From contig JAWODN010000046.1 of NCBI GenBank assembly GCA_046483285.1, forward strand, positions 12,888 to 76,887: 64,000 nucleotides of DNA, in the 5' to 3' direction. The position numbers and the translations under genes are program-made. Positions 28,504 to 38,886 of the stretch are shown in pieces (within the stretch, counting starts at the first letter, position 1; each line of letters begins with the position of its first letter). This stretch comes from Candidatus Aminicenantes bacterium. GTDB taxonomy: Bacteria > Acidobacteriota > Aminicenantia > Aminicenantales > Aminicenantaceae. The notes beneath the pieces were generated by a model. That model made no database searches and had not been told where the DNA came from. It was given only the letters and a program-made list of their open reading frames with translations.

Positions 28504-30438
28504 TCACATTCGCTCGGGTTGAGGAATGCCCATGAGATTCAAGGCGGTTTCAAGTTTTTTCTGGATAAAATAGATGGTCAAAATACGAAGATCACGCAGG
28601 CCGGGGTTGTCTTCCGCCAGGATGGAATATTTATGGTAATACGCATTGAACTTTTGACATAAATTGAAAGTGAACTTGGCCAGATGAAGAAATTCAAGGG
28701 TGTTCAATGAATGGAGAACTTCCTCATCCAATTTGGAAGCATAAAGGACGGTATCCCAGAAATCACGGTATTCATTTCCCGAAAGAAGATCCCACTTAAG
28801 TGACCCGGGGTTGTTTTGGAGAAGAGTTTCCGGCTCTATTCCCAGTCTTTTTTTAAGTTTTCGTAAAATACTGTTGATGCGGACCAGAGAGTATTGAAGG
28901 TAGGGGCCCGTTTCCCCTTCGAAACTGAGCGCGTCTTCAAAATCGAAGATGATGATGGAATTGCGGGCGAACTTCAGCATGAAATAACGCAAAGCGCCGC
29001 AGGCGATTTTCCGGGACACCCGGAGTTTTTCCTCCGTGGAAAAACCGGGATTGCGTTTGTCGACTTCGTCTCTCGCTTTTTTTTCCATCCGGTCGATAAG
29101 GTCGTTGGCCTTAATGCCGAGTCCTTTTCTGCCAGAAACTTCCATGAAGTTTTTTTCCCGGTCTGCTGCGGTCACTTGCTGCCCTAATTCTTTCAGGCTT
29201 TGAGGAGATAAGGCGACCATCTCGTAGGAAAAATGAATGGAATTCCCGGCCTGTTTGGTATATTGGAGGGATTTCAGGCCCTGAGTCACCACTTTTTGGG
29301 GATAGGCCTGCCGGATATCGATCACATTATAAACCCGTCCGGCTTTTCCAAAGCCGGGATGATGCCCGGTCGGGGATGACGAGGTGATCCAAATGGTGTG
29401 ATCCGGTGTTTCCACAAAAGGTGTATAAAAAAAATCCTTATCCAGGAGTCCGAATTTCCATAATTGATAAGCGATGTCTTTCCCGACGTAGGTGACGGTT
29501 TCATCGGAACGGACGATGATTTTTTCCTGTTCCGGTCCATCCTGCAATTTCATCACCCAGCAGCCTTTATGCGCTCCGTCTCCGGCATAAACGACGGCGC
29601 CTTTTTCTTTGAGAAGACTGAAGGCGTTTTTCCAAAAATCAAGCTTTATGATATGGCTTTCACAAGCCTGAAGGTCATAGGTGATGCCTAAGCGCCCCAT
29701 GGTTTCCAGATGGGCTTTTAAAATACGCCTGGAGACATGGTGAGCGATATCATATTCCGGACCGAGGCCTTTTTCGATTTTTTTTAAAATTTCTGATTTT
29801 CTTTTTCCGGCTTCCGGATTGTTATCCAGGTGCGCCGCCACCCGCGCATAGAGATCCCAGCAATAGTCATCAAATTTTCCCGGAAGTTCGCGGATATCCT
29901 CCAGGCTTTTTTTCTCCAGTTCCATAAATCCAAAGGCCACATCCGCCACCTGGACGCCGGTGTCGTCAATATAATTTTGAATTTCGATTTGGTCTCCTTT
30001 GTATGACAGGCACCGTACCAGGGTGTCTCCGAGACAAGCGTTTCGGATATGTCCGATATGAGCGGCCTTATTCGGATTGATGGAGGTGTGTTCGACGATG
30101 GTTTTTCCGGTTTCCGGCGTCAGGGTGGAGGCGGCCGGCCGGAGGAGATGCTGTGAGAAAAACTGTTTGCGGTCAAGAAATAGATTGATATATCCGGCTC
30201 CGGCGATTTCCACTCTTTCAATGCCTTCCAGGGCATGGAGGCGGGCAGAGGCTTCCTGGGCGATTGTCCTGGGGCTGGTTTTCATCTTCTTGGCCAGCTG
30301 AAAAGGAAAGGCCAGGGCCAGGTCTCCCATTTCAATTTGAGGAGGGTAGGTCAAGTCGATATCTTGGTATTCAAGAGGGAATTCATCCTTGAGTGCCTGG
30401 TAAATGGAAGTTTTCAGTGTTTTTTTTAATTTCAGCAT
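28504..30438 (-). CDS. argS: Arginine--tRNA ligase
   Basis: EHTSINPNKAAHIGHIRN (HIGH), VSGRKG, GETGPYLQY, DALR domain; start MLKLKK with SD GGAGG. Confidence 0.95.
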   Translation of the reverse strand: MLKLKKTLKTSIYQALKDEFPLEYQDIDLTYPPQIEMGDLALAFPFQLAKKMKTSPRTIAQEASARLHALEGIERVEIAGAGYINLFLDRKQFFSQHLLRPAASTLTPETGKTIVEHTSINPNKAAHIGHIRNACLGDTLVRCLSYKGDQIEIQNYIDDTGVQVADVAFGFMELEKKSLEDIRELPGKFDDYCWDLYARVAAHLDNNPEAGKRKSEILKKIEKGLGPEYDIAHHVSRRILKAHLETMGRLGITYDLQACESHIIKLDFWKNAFSLLKEKGAVVYAGDGAHKGCWVMKLQDGPEQEKIIVRSDETVTYVGKDIAYQLWKFGLLDKDFFYTPFVETPDHTIWITSSSPTGHHPGFGKAGRVYNVIDIRQAYPQKVVTQGLKSLQYTKQAGNSIHFSYEMVALSPQSLKELGQQVTAADREKNFMEVSGRKGLGIKANDLIDRMEKKARDEVDKRNPGFSTEEKLRVSRKIACGALRYFMLKFARNSIIIFDFEDALSFEGETGPYLQYSLVRINSILRKLKKRLGIEPETLLQNNPGSLKWDLLSGNEYRDFWDTVLYASKLDEEVLHSLNTLEFLHLAKFTFNLCQKFNAYYHKYSILAEDNPGLRDLRILTIYFIQKKLETALNLMGIPQPERM

Positions 30439-30591
30439 GTTTTTACCTCCGGATATTATATCAGATTTTGCTTCGCGGACAAGACCGCGCATTTGAATAT
30501 TCGCCGCTGCCGGTCAATCCGCTTCTGCTTGATCCATTCACCTGGGTTTGGCTTGCATCCGGGGTGATTATATGGTAGTTAATTAATCTAG

Positions 30592-30972
30592 CATGGATTA
30601 TTCACGGGCCGGGATTGCCGCAGACGACGACAATTCTTTAATTCAATGTCGTCCCGAGGAGCGGAGCGACGAGGGATCTGTGAGTGCTTTCGTCAGGCCA
30701 TATGGACAATGGGTTGCAAATTAGAAGCAGTTCGGGATCCTTCGCTCCGCTCAGGATGACATTAAATTAATGAAAGGTCGTCACTTCACTGCGACGAGCC
30801 GCAACCCGGCAGATGCGGTGAGATCCGGCCCGCCCGAAGGGTAAAAAAATGGCGAATAAAATAACAATAAAAAAAATGAAAAACGTTCCATTTGATCTTT
30901 CATTAAAAACCATACTTATCGCTGATAAGAAAGAGATTGCAAAAACATCGCAATTTTTATGAATAAGTCAGG
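30592..30972. mobile_element. 381-bp MITE-like element containing a nested REP-like palindrome
   Basis: Ends CATGGATTATTCA / TGAATAAGTCAGG; arms match 9914-10032; internal AATGTCGTCCCGAGGAGCGGAGCGA...TCGCTCCGCTCAGGATGACATT at 30645-30763. Confidence 0.7.
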
Positions 30973-31019
30973 CTAGATAATGACCGGGCCCAGGGTGCCG
31001 CGGATGCGAGGCGCAGGGT

Positions 31020-31167
31020 GCCGAGGGTCCCTGGCTGCTTTGTTTTGGCGGTTGGCTTTGTTCTCACGTGGCAGAAAGGGATGGCCACGGCTTGCTGACG
31101 AAAGCCTCGCAATGACAAGGCGGCGGAAAGGGATAGCCGCACGGCCTTCGGCCGTTCGCAATGACAA
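31020..31167 (-). repeat. Inverted copy of the 17920-18075 REP-like composite
   Basis: GCAGAAAGGGATGGCCACGGCTTGCTGACGAAAGCCTCGCAATGACAA is the near reverse complement of 17975-18021. Confidence 0.7.
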
Positions 31168-31341
31168 GGCGGCCCGTACGGAGGCCGGCCGGGCATGGTT
31201 CCTCTCCGCAAGAGAGGGGAGCGAATGTCCTCGCCGGGAACAGACGAGCGGCGGCGGGATATGGCGCTTATTCATTGCCGCACGGAAACGATTCTCTAAG
31301 GCAGGGGCCGGGCTGGGTAATAAGCTGGAGAGGAAGAACTT

Positions 31342-32427
31342 ATGAAAAAAACGTCTTTGAATGACCGTCATAAAAAGAGCAGCGCCAAAATGGTGGATTT
31401 TTTTGGATGGGAAATGCCTCTTGAGTATTCCCGCATCGTCAAAGAGCATATGGCCGTTCGCAGGAATGCCGGCCTTTTTGATGTCAGTCATATGGGTGAA
31501 ATTCTTATCACAGGTCCTCAAGCGCTGGAGTATGTTCAGTACCTTACCCCCAATGACGCCTCCCGTCTGGATTCGAACAGAGCCCAGTATTCGGCTTTGA
31601 TCACGGCGGAGGGGACTTTTGTGGATGATTTGCTGGTTTATTATTTGGATAAAGACACATATCTTTTGGTGGTCAACGCGGCGAATACGGATAAGGATTA
31701 CGCATGGGTGAGGGAGCACAAGAATAAATTCAATGTCAGCATTGAAAACAAAAGTGATGATTATACTCAATTGGCCATTCAGGGCCCCATGGCCCTGGAG
31801 ATTTTAAATCCTTTAACCGGACTGGAATTGGATGACATGAAGCCGTTCCGGGTCAGGCACGGGGAGGTCGCCGGCATCGAGTCCATGGTTTCGCGAACGG
31901 GGTATACAGGTGAAGACGGATTTGAAATTTACACCTGTTCTTCGGAACCGGAAAAAATCTGGGATGCTCTGATGGAAGAAGGGGAAGGAAAAGGGCTGCT
32001 TCCGGTCGGACTGGGAGCTCGTGATACCCTCAGGCTGGAATCCGCTCTTATGCTGTACGGAAATGATATCGATGACACCACTACGGTTTTAGAAGCGGGT
32101 TTGGGGTGGCTGATCAAATTCCAAAAAGGGGATTTCATCGGAAAAGATGCTCTGTATCAACAAAAGCAAGAAGGGATTAAATGGAAACTTTCCGGATTTG
32201 AGATTTCAGGCCGGGGAATCGCCCGGCCGCATCATTCCGTTTTTGCGGACGGCATGAAAACCGGGGAAGTCCGGTCCGGCACGTATGCCCCTTACCTGAA
32301 AAAAAGCATCGGTTTGACTTACCTTCCGGTGGATCATTCTCATCCCGGAAATGAAATTGAAATTGATATCCGGGGAAAAAGAACTCAAGCCCGGGTTGTG
32401 TCACTTCCTTTTTATAAACGCAAATAA
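31342..32427 (+). CDS. gcvT: Glycine cleavage aminomethyltransferase T
   Basis: GLFDVSHMG, SRTGYTGEDGFE, GLGARDTLRLE. Confidence 0.96.
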   Translation: MKKTSLNDRHKKSSAKMVDFFGWEMPLEYSRIVKEHMAVRRNAGLFDVSHMGEILITGPQALEYVQYLTPNDASRLDSNRAQYSALITAEGTFVDDLLVYYLDKDTYLLVVNAANTDKDYAWVREHKNKFNVSIENKSDDYTQLAIQGPMALEILNPLTGLELDDMKPFRVRHGEVAGIESMVSRTGYTGEDGFEIYTCSSEPEKIWDALMEEGEGKGLLPVGLGARDTLRLESALMLYGNDIDDTTTVLEAGLGWLIKFQKGDFIGKDALYQQKQEGIKWKLSGFEISGRGIARPHHSVFADGMKTGEVRSGTYAPYLKKSIGLTYLPVDHSHPGNEIEIDIRGKRTQARVVSLPFYKRK

Positions 32428-32507
32428 CCCGGCTGATGAACAGTCCGGGGCTGGCGGTTAAGGGATAGGTAAGCGAAGATAAAGTTTCAAGTCAAAAGGA
32501 GGTTTTA

Positions 32508-32897
32508 ATGTATCCGGAAACATATCGTTATTCTAAAGATCACGAATGGGTCAAAATGGATGGCGGCCACGCCACTGTCGGAATCACCGATTTCGCCCAG
32601 CAGCAATTGGGAGATGTGGTTTATGTGGAGCTTCCAGAGGTTGGAGACAAATTTGAATTTCATCAATCCATCGGGGTTGTGGAATCGGTCAAGGCTGTTT
32701 CCGACATTTATTCACCCCTCGCCGGGGAAGTCATCGAAGTCAATGAGAAATTGAACGACAATCCGGAAATTTTAAATGATGACCCTCATGGAAAAGGCTG
32801 GATTTTTAAAATGAAAGTGGGAGACGCAGCCCCGCTGGAAAAATTGATGCCGGCGGATGATTATGAGAAATTTGTGGAAGGTCTGGAAGAAGAATAA
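32508..32897 (+). CDS. gcvH: Glycine cleavage H protein
   Basis: HEW, GITDFAQ, lipoyl-Lys VESVKA. Confidence 0.96.
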   Translation: MYPETYRYSKDHEWVKMDGGHATVGITDFAQQQLGDVVYVELPEVGDKFEFHQSIGVVESVKAVSDIYSPLAGEVIEVNEKLNDNPEILNDDPHGKGWIFKMKVGDAAPLEKLMPADDYEKFVEGLEEE

Positions 32898-32933
32898 GGA
32901 AGAAAAAACCCAGGTCAGGAAAGGACGTGCATT

Positions 32934-34289
32934 GTGAGTTATATATCTTTGAGCCGCAAAGACAAAGAGGAGATGCTGAAAGTGGTGGGGGTTTCTTCTC
33001 TGGACCAGCTTTTTGACTCCATCCCCGGCGACATCAAGCTGAAACAGCCTCTGGACCTCCCCCGCGGGATGTCTGAGCCGGAGGTGTTGAGCTGTTTCAA
33101 GGGACTGACACAGCAGAATCAATTTGGTGATTATATCTCTTTTCTGGGAGCTGGAGCTTATCCTCACTTTATTCCCGCTGTGGTGGATTCTCTCAGCAGC
33201 CGGGGTGAGCTGGTCAGTCCTTACACTCCTTATCAGCCGGAAGTCAGTCAGGGGACTCTTCAAATAACCTTTGAATTTCAGACCATGATGACCCAGTTGA
33301 CGGGATTGGATATCGCCAATGCCTCCCTCTATGACGGGGCGTCCGGAACAGCGGAAGCGGTTTTGATGGCGAACCGGTTGAACCGGAAGACAAAAGTGCT
33401 CCTGGCCGGTTCTTTGCACCCCAATTACCGCCGGGTCATTCAAACCTATACCGAAAATTTAGGGTTCGAACTGATTGAAATACCGTGGGATTCTTCCGGA
33501 AGAATAAACCGGGATGAACTCGCAAAACAATGGAGTGACAATGTGACCGCGGTAGTCTGTCAATCCCCCAATTTTTTTGGGGTCATTGAAGATTTGGAAA
33601 GCATTGCCGCTCCCGCCCATGAGAATGGAAGTTTGTTCATTGTTTCTGTGGCGGAGGCGATGTCCCTGGCCCTTCTGGAGGCTCCGGGAAAACTGGGGGC
33701 GGATATTGTCACAGGTGAAGCCCAGTCTTTCGGAATTCCCTTGAGTTTCGGGGGTCCCTTTCTTGGTTTCATGACCTGCAAAAAAGAATTTCTCCGTCAA
33801 TTCCCAGGACGGATAGCGGGACAGACCCATGATGTTGAAGGACGGCGGGGATTTGTTTTGACCCTTTCCACCCGGGAGCAGCATATCCGGCGTGAAAGGG
33901 CCACATCCAATATTTGCACCAATCAGGCTCTGTGTATGGCCCGGGCCGCGGTTTATTTGGAACTGATGGGCCGGAAGGGACTGCGGGAAATTGCCCGGCA
34001 GAATGTCCACAAATCCCGTTATGCCATGAAGGTTTTATCTGCACTGGAAGGGGTGAAGGTGAAGTTCAGCGGCGTCGCCTTCAACGAATTTGTGCTTGAA
34101 TTCGACCATTCCTGGAAGGATATCCAAAGGAATTTATATCAAAACGGCCTTTTGGGAGGGCTGGAATTGAGCCGTTTCTACCCCGGGTTGAAGAATTGCG
34201 TGCTGGTGTGTGTGACTGAGACGCATGAAAAGGATGACATCGACCGGTTTGCGGAAACTGTCGAGGCCGCTGTCAAGGCGAAAGGATGA
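32934..34289 (+). CDS. gcvPA: Glycine dehydrogenase subunit 1
   Basis: YTPYQPEVSQG, NASLYDG, REQHIRRERATSNICTNQ. Confidence 0.96.
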   Translation: MSYISLSRKDKEEMLKVVGVSSLDQLFDSIPGDIKLKQPLDLPRGMSEPEVLSCFKGLTQQNQFGDYISFLGAGAYPHFIPAVVDSLSSRGELVSPYTPYQPEVSQGTLQITFEFQTMMTQLTGLDIANASLYDGASGTAEAVLMANRLNRKTKVLLAGSLHPNYRRVIQTYTENLGFELIEIPWDSSGRINRDELAKQWSDNVTAVVCQSPNFFGVIEDLESIAAPAHENGSLFIVSVAEAMSLALLEAPGKLGADIVTGEAQSFGIPLSFGGPFLGFMTCKKEFLRQFPGRIAGQTHDVEGRRGFVLTLSTREQHIRRERATSNICTNQALCMARAAVYLELMGRKGLREIARQNVHKSRYAMKVLSALEGVKVKFSGVAFNEFVLEFDHSWKDIQRNLYQNGLLGGLELSRFYPGLKNCVLVCVTETHEKDDIDRFAETVEAAVKAKG

Positions 34290-34293
34290 TATC

Positions 34294-35751
34294 ATGATCC
34301 GAGAACCATTGATTTTTGAAATCAGCGATGACGGAAAAGCGGAGGTTCCTCTGCCTGCGCTGGATGTGCCTGAAGATAAAAGTTTTTTTGATAATCTTCC
34401 CTTAAGAAAGGATATAAAAGGTTTTCCCCAGGTGAGTGAGCCGGAAGTCGTGCGGCATTTCACCCGTCTTTCCCAGGTTAATTATTGTGTGGATAAAGGA
34501 ATTTATCCCTTGGGGTCCTGCACCATGAAATACAACCCTAAAATCAATGAAAAAGTGGCATCCATGGAAGGGTTTGCGCATGTTCATCCTCTTGCTGAAC
34601 ACAGAATGGTTCAAGGAAACCTTGAGATCATCAAAACCACGGAAAACATGCTTGCTGAAATCACGGGAATGGATGACTTTTCGCTCCAGCCTGCGGCCGG
34701 TGCTCAAGGGGAACTTCTCGGGATGATGTTGACCCGGGCTTATCTGAAAGACCAGGGGAATCCCCGGAAAATTGTGCTCATCCCGGATTCCGCGCACGGC
34801 ACCAATCCTTCTTCCGCTCATATCTGCGGGTACAGGGTGAAGGAAGTGAAATCCGATGAATCCGGCACCATCGACATTGATGATCTGAAGCGGATGATGA
34901 ATGAAGACGTGGCGGCGGTGATGATCACAAATCCCAATACCCTGGGGGTCTTTGAATGCCGGATAAAAGAAGCTGCGGAAATAGTTCACGCGAAAGGCGG
35001 GTTGGTTTATATGGACGGAGCCAACATGAACGCGCTCATGGGAGTGGCCAGGCCGGGGGACATGGATGTGGATGTGATCCACTTGAACCTGCATAAAACT
35101 TTTTCCACTCCCCATGGAGGGGGAGGGCCCGGATCCGGTCCGGTGGGAATAAAAAAGAAACTGGAACCGTTTTTGCCGGTGCCGGTACTGGAAAAAACAG
35201 AACGGGGATATGGGTGGAATTTTGACCGGCCTAAATCCATCGGCCGGGTTCATGCTTTTTACGGCAATTTTTTAGTGGCGGTCAAGGCGTTGGCATATAT
35301 TCTGACTTTGGGAGCGGACGGCATCAAAGAAGCTTGCCGGGTGGCTGTTTTGAATTCCAATTACATACGGAAAAGATTGGAAGGCACATATCATCTGAAG
35401 TATAAAACCCCCACCCTGCATGAATGCGTGTTTTCGGATAAGTATCAGAAAAAGAACGGGGTGTCCAATCTGGACATGGCGAAGCGCCTTATTGATTTAG
35501 ACGTTCATCCTCCCACCATGTCTTTTCCATTGATCGTTCATGGAGCTTTGATGACGGAACCGACCGAGACGGAAAGCCGGAGGGATTTGGATATGTTTAT
35601 CGATGCGATGAAGCAGATTGACACGGAAAGCCGGGAAAATCCGAATGTTTTGAAAAACGCCCCCCATTCCTCCTATGTCCGGAGGCTGGATGAAACCGGG
35701 GCGGCCCGGAATCCCGTTTTGAAATGGATTCCGGAATCAGGAACCGAATAA
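34294..35751 (+). CDS. gcvPB: Glycine dehydrogenase subunit 2
   Basis: YPLGSCTMKYNP, HLNLHKTFSTPHGGGGPG (PLP lysine); start reassigned to MIREPLIFE. Confidence 0.96.
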   Translation: MIREPLIFEISDDGKAEVPLPALDVPEDKSFFDNLPLRKDIKGFPQVSEPEVVRHFTRLSQVNYCVDKGIYPLGSCTMKYNPKINEKVASMEGFAHVHPLAEHRMVQGNLEIIKTTENMLAEITGMDDFSLQPAAGAQGELLGMMLTRAYLKDQGNPRKIVLIPDSAHGTNPSSAHICGYRVKEVKSDESGTIDIDDLKRMMNEDVAAVMITNPNTLGVFECRIKEAAEIVHAKGGLVYMDGANMNALMGVARPGDMDVDVIHLNLHKTFSTPHGGGGPGSGPVGIKKKLEPFLPVPVLEKTERGYGWNFDRPKSIGRVHAFYGNFLVAVKALAYILTLGADGIKEACRVAVLNSNYIRKRLEGTYHLKYKTPTLHECVFSDKYQKKNGVSNLDMAKRLIDLDVHPPTMSFPLIVHGALMTEPTETESRRDLDMFIDAMKQIDTESRENPNVLKNAPHSSYVRRLDETGAARNPVLKWIPESGTE

Positions 35752-35782
35752 AAGAATATGCCGGCTGCGGGCGGAGGCTCGC

Positions 35783-35844
35783 TGCTTATCGCTGATAAGA
35801 AAGAGATTGCAAAAACATCGCAATTTTTTTATGAATAAGTCAGG
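35783..35844. mobile_element. Isolated MITE right arm
   Basis: CTTATCGCTGATAAGAAAGAGATTGCAAAAACATCGCAATTTTTTTATGAATAAGTCAGG, near-identical to 30915-30972. Confidence 0.7.
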
Positions 35845-35878
35845 CTAAGTTAGAGGCCGGGTCAGAAAAGAGAAGAAG

Positions 35879-36730
35879 ATGAGTATTCAAAATTTGATCA
35901 TGAAACTGAACAGCTTTTGGGCGGGACAGGGATGTTATTTGGCTCCTTCCTATGATGTGGAAGTCGGCGCCGGAACCATGACTCCGGACACCTTTTTCCG
36001 GGTGCTGGATGACAAGGCGTGGAAGGTGGGATATGTCCAGCCGTCCCGCCGTCCCGCGGACGGGCGCTTTGGCGAAAATCCACACCGGGTGCAAAAACAT
36101 TTTCAATATCAGGTGATCATGAAGCCGTCGCCGGCTGACATTCAAAATAAATATTTGGACAGCTTGAAATTTTTAGGGATCAACCTTCGTGACCATGATA
36201 TCCGCTTTGATGAAGACAATTGGGAATCACCCACCATCGGTGCTTGGGGAGTGGGTTGGCAGGTCCTTTTAGACGGCCTGGAAATCACGCAGTTCACTTA
36301 TTTTCAACAGGCAGGGGGAAGAGAGGTTCATCCCATTCCGGTGGAAATCACATACGGATTGGAAAGACTGAACATGTTTTTAGAGGGAAAGAATAATTTG
36401 TATGATCTGCAGTGGTCCGATAATGTCCGATACGGCGATTTGAGGCTAAGGGAGGAGAAGGAGTTTTCCGAATACAATTTCAATCAGGCGGATATACAAA
36501 GGCTGCAGAAATTTTTTGTCTTGACGGCTGAGGAGGCCGGGGTTCTTATAGAAAAAAATCTCATTTTTCCTGCCTATGACATGTGCTTGAAATGTTCCCA
36601 CTTGTTCAACCTCTTGGATGCCAGGGGAGCGATAAGTGTGACCGAAAGGGTGAAAATGATATCCCGGATAAGAAGCTTGGTCATTGACGTGGCGGATAAA
36701 TACACCCGCAAGGAAGAGGGGGCCGGATGA
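35879..36730 (+). CDS. glyQ: Glycine--tRNA ligase alpha subunit
   Basis: GAGTM, QPSRRPADGRFGENP, EITQFTYFQQ, EITYGLER. Confidence 0.96.
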   Translation: MSIQNLIMKLNSFWAGQGCYLAPSYDVEVGAGTMTPDTFFRVLDDKAWKVGYVQPSRRPADGRFGENPHRVQKHFQYQVIMKPSPADIQNKYLDSLKFLGINLRDHDIRFDEDNWESPTIGAWGVGWQVLLDGLEITQFTYFQQAGGREVHPIPVEITYGLERLNMFLEGKNNLYDLQWSDNVRYGDLRLREEKEFSEYNFNQADIQRLQKFFVLTAEEAGVLIEKNLIFPAYDMCLKCSHLFNLLDARGAISVTERVKMISRIRSLVIDVADKYTRKEEGAG

Positions 36731-38808
36731 TGGAGTTGCTTTTAGAAATCCGCACAGAAGAAATGCCGGCTTCTCATATCAAGGCGGGTCTGCAGCAAAT
36801 AAAAGATCATCTTGTCAATGAGTTCAAGACGCATGGACTCATAGAGAAATATGAAAAGGATTCTCTGCAAACCCACGGGACCTGCCGCAGATTGATTGTT
36901 CACGGGAACATCGCTCCATCTCAACGTGACCGGGAAGATATCATTTCCGGGCCGCCCCTTAAGGCTGCGTATGATCAAGAAGGTAATCCCACCCGTGCCG
37001 CCCAGGGATTCGCCCGGTCTCAAGGGGTTTCGGTTGATGACCTGGAAGTCATAAAGGATGAGCGGGGGGAATACGCGGCTGTGAAAAAAAAGATAAAAGG
37101 CCGGCCGGCCGCGGATTTGCTGCGGGAAATTATTCCCAGAGTTATCAAGACGCTTTCCTTTCCCAAAATGATGAAGTGGGGGAATGGAAAATTCAGGTTT
37201 TCCCGGCCCATTCAGGGAATCCTGTGCCTTTGCGGCGGAAAGGTGGTTGATTTTGAGGTGGCGGATATAAAATCCTCCGGATTCACCTTCGGCCATAAGC
37301 TTTTCTCTCCTGTAAAAGTATTTCCGGGTTCATTTTCCCATTACAAGGATGAAATGGAAAAAAACCTGGTGCTGATCGATGTCGAAGACCGGCGGAAAAG
37401 AATCATGGAACAATCCAGGCTGGTCCTGAAAGATAAAAACCTCCGCATTTATCCGGACGAACCGTTGTTGGAGAAATTATCCTTTGATGTGGAATTTCCC
37501 TATGTCATCGCCGGGGAATTTCCTGAGGACTACTTGAAACTCCCTCTTGAAGTTTTGAGTACGGCCATGAAAGTGGGGCAGAGCTTATTTTCCGTGGTGA
37601 AAAATAAACGCCAGATTCCAATGTTTGTCGGGGTTACGGATGCCTGTCCGGATTCACAATCCCTGGTGAAAAAGGGAAATGAAAGGGTTTTGCAGGCGCG
37701 GCTGGAAGACGCCCGTTTTTTCTGGGAACAGGATTTGACAGTTCCTTTGAAGGACAGGGCGGCTCAATTGGAGAAAATTATATTTCAGGAAAAATTGGGA
37801 AGCTATTGGGACAAAACCGGCCGGATAAAAAATATTGTTTCATACTTAAGCCATAAGATCAGGGTAGGAGAAAAATCTCATCTCGCACAGGCCGCGGAGT
37901 TGTGCAAAGCGGACCTGCTCACGGATATGGTTCGTGAATTTCCATCTTTACAGGGGAAAGCCGGCGGTCTTTATGCCCGGGAAGAAGGTTATTCCAAAGG
38001 GATTTGGATGGCTGTCTACGAGCATTACAAGCCCGTCAATATCGAAGATTCGATGCCTTCGACTCTTAACGGCGGCCTTCTTTCTCTGGCAGATAAGATC
38101 GACTCTATCGCGGGAGTTTTCGGAATCGGAATTGAAATATCCGGATCAAAAGACCCTCTCGGTTTGAGGAGGGACGCCCAGGGGATCTGCATGATCATTT
38201 TGGAGCATGAGTTGGATTTTTCTTTTCCTTTACTGCTTAACAAAGCGATTGCTTTGCACGGTGAACATCTGATTAAGACTAAACCTGAAATTGAAGCGCT
38301 GATTTTCGAATTTTTTCGGAACAGGCTGGCCCATATCTTTGAAAAAAGAGGATACCGTTACGACCTGGTGAAAGCGGCTTTGGGAGCCGGAATGGATAAT
38401 ATTTACCATGTTCTTCTGCGGCTGGAAGCCTTGAATGATATGAAGGAAAAGCCGGAATTCATATCCCTTATTCAAACCGTCAAGCGGGTTAACAATATTC
38501 TGAAGGACCAGCCTTTCCGCCGGCTGAATCCGGATTTATTGTCAGACAAAAATGAACGGGAACTTCATACCGCCTATTCGATCATTAATGAGAATATAAC
38601 CCCGCTGATTAAGCAGGGGCAATATATGAAAGCTCAGCGGATGGTGCTGAAAATTCAGCCGGTGGTGGATGATTTTTTTGATCAGGTGATGGTCATGGAT
38701 AAAAACCGCAAAATTCGGAACAACCGGTTGGCTCTGCTGCAAAAATTAAGCCGGATGTTTTTCCGGATAGCGGACTATTCTCAGATTGTTATTGAGTCGT
38801 CTTCTTGA
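36727..38808 (+). CDS. glyS: Glycine--tRNA ligase beta subunit
   Basis: LLEIRTEEMP, RLEDARFF, KADLLT, EFPSLQG, SKDPLGLRR, C-terminal DALR domain. Confidence 0.95.
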   Translation: MMELLLEIRTEEMPASHIKAGLQQIKDHLVNEFKTHGLIEKYEKDSLQTHGTCRRLIVHGNIAPSQRDREDIISGPPLKAAYDQEGNPTRAAQGFARSQGVSVDDLEVIKDERGEYAAVKKKIKGRPAADLLREIIPRVIKTLSFPKMMKWGNGKFRFSRPIQGILCLCGGKVVDFEVADIKSSGFTFGHKLFSPVKVFPGSFSHYKDEMEKNLVLIDVEDRRKRIMEQSRLVLKDKNLRIYPDEPLLEKLSFDVEFPYVIAGEFPEDYLKLPLEVLSTAMKVGQSLFSVVKNKRQIPMFVGVTDACPDSQSLVKKGNERVLQARLEDARFFWEQDLTVPLKDRAAQLEKIIFQEKLGSYWDKTGRIKNIVSYLSHKIRVGEKSHLAQAAELCKADLLTDMVREFPSLQGKAGGLYAREEGYSKGIWMAVYEHYKPVNIEDSMPSTLNGGLLSLADKIDSIAGVFGIGIEISGSKDPLGLRRDAQGICMIILEHELDFSFPLLLNKAIALHGEHLIKTKPEIEALIFEFFRNRLAHIFEKRGYRYDLVKAALGAGMDNIYHVLLRLEALNDMKEKPEFISLIQTVKRVNNILKDQPFRRLNPDLLSDKNERELHTAYSIINENITPLIKQGQYMKAQRMVLKIQPVVDDFFDQVMVMDKNRKIRNNRLALLQKLSRMFFRIADYSQIVIESSS

Positions 38809-38886
38809 GGGAGGAGAGGAAACCGGCAATTTCTTGTTACACCTGTCAGCACAGAAACCGCACAGGATAAGCCTATTCCGCCAGGG

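Noticed and set aside
30588-30976. CTAG target-site duplication around the 381-bp MITE
   Set aside because: The right-hand CTAG also reads as the start of an adjacent element end, and other copies show no matching duplication.
31170-31341. Glycine riboswitch upstream of gcvT
   Set aside because: GAGAG and CTCTAAGG fragments are present, but the CCGAAG...CTCTCAGG aptamer core is not, and part of the region matches the 2037-2191 repeat. An Rfam scan would settle it.
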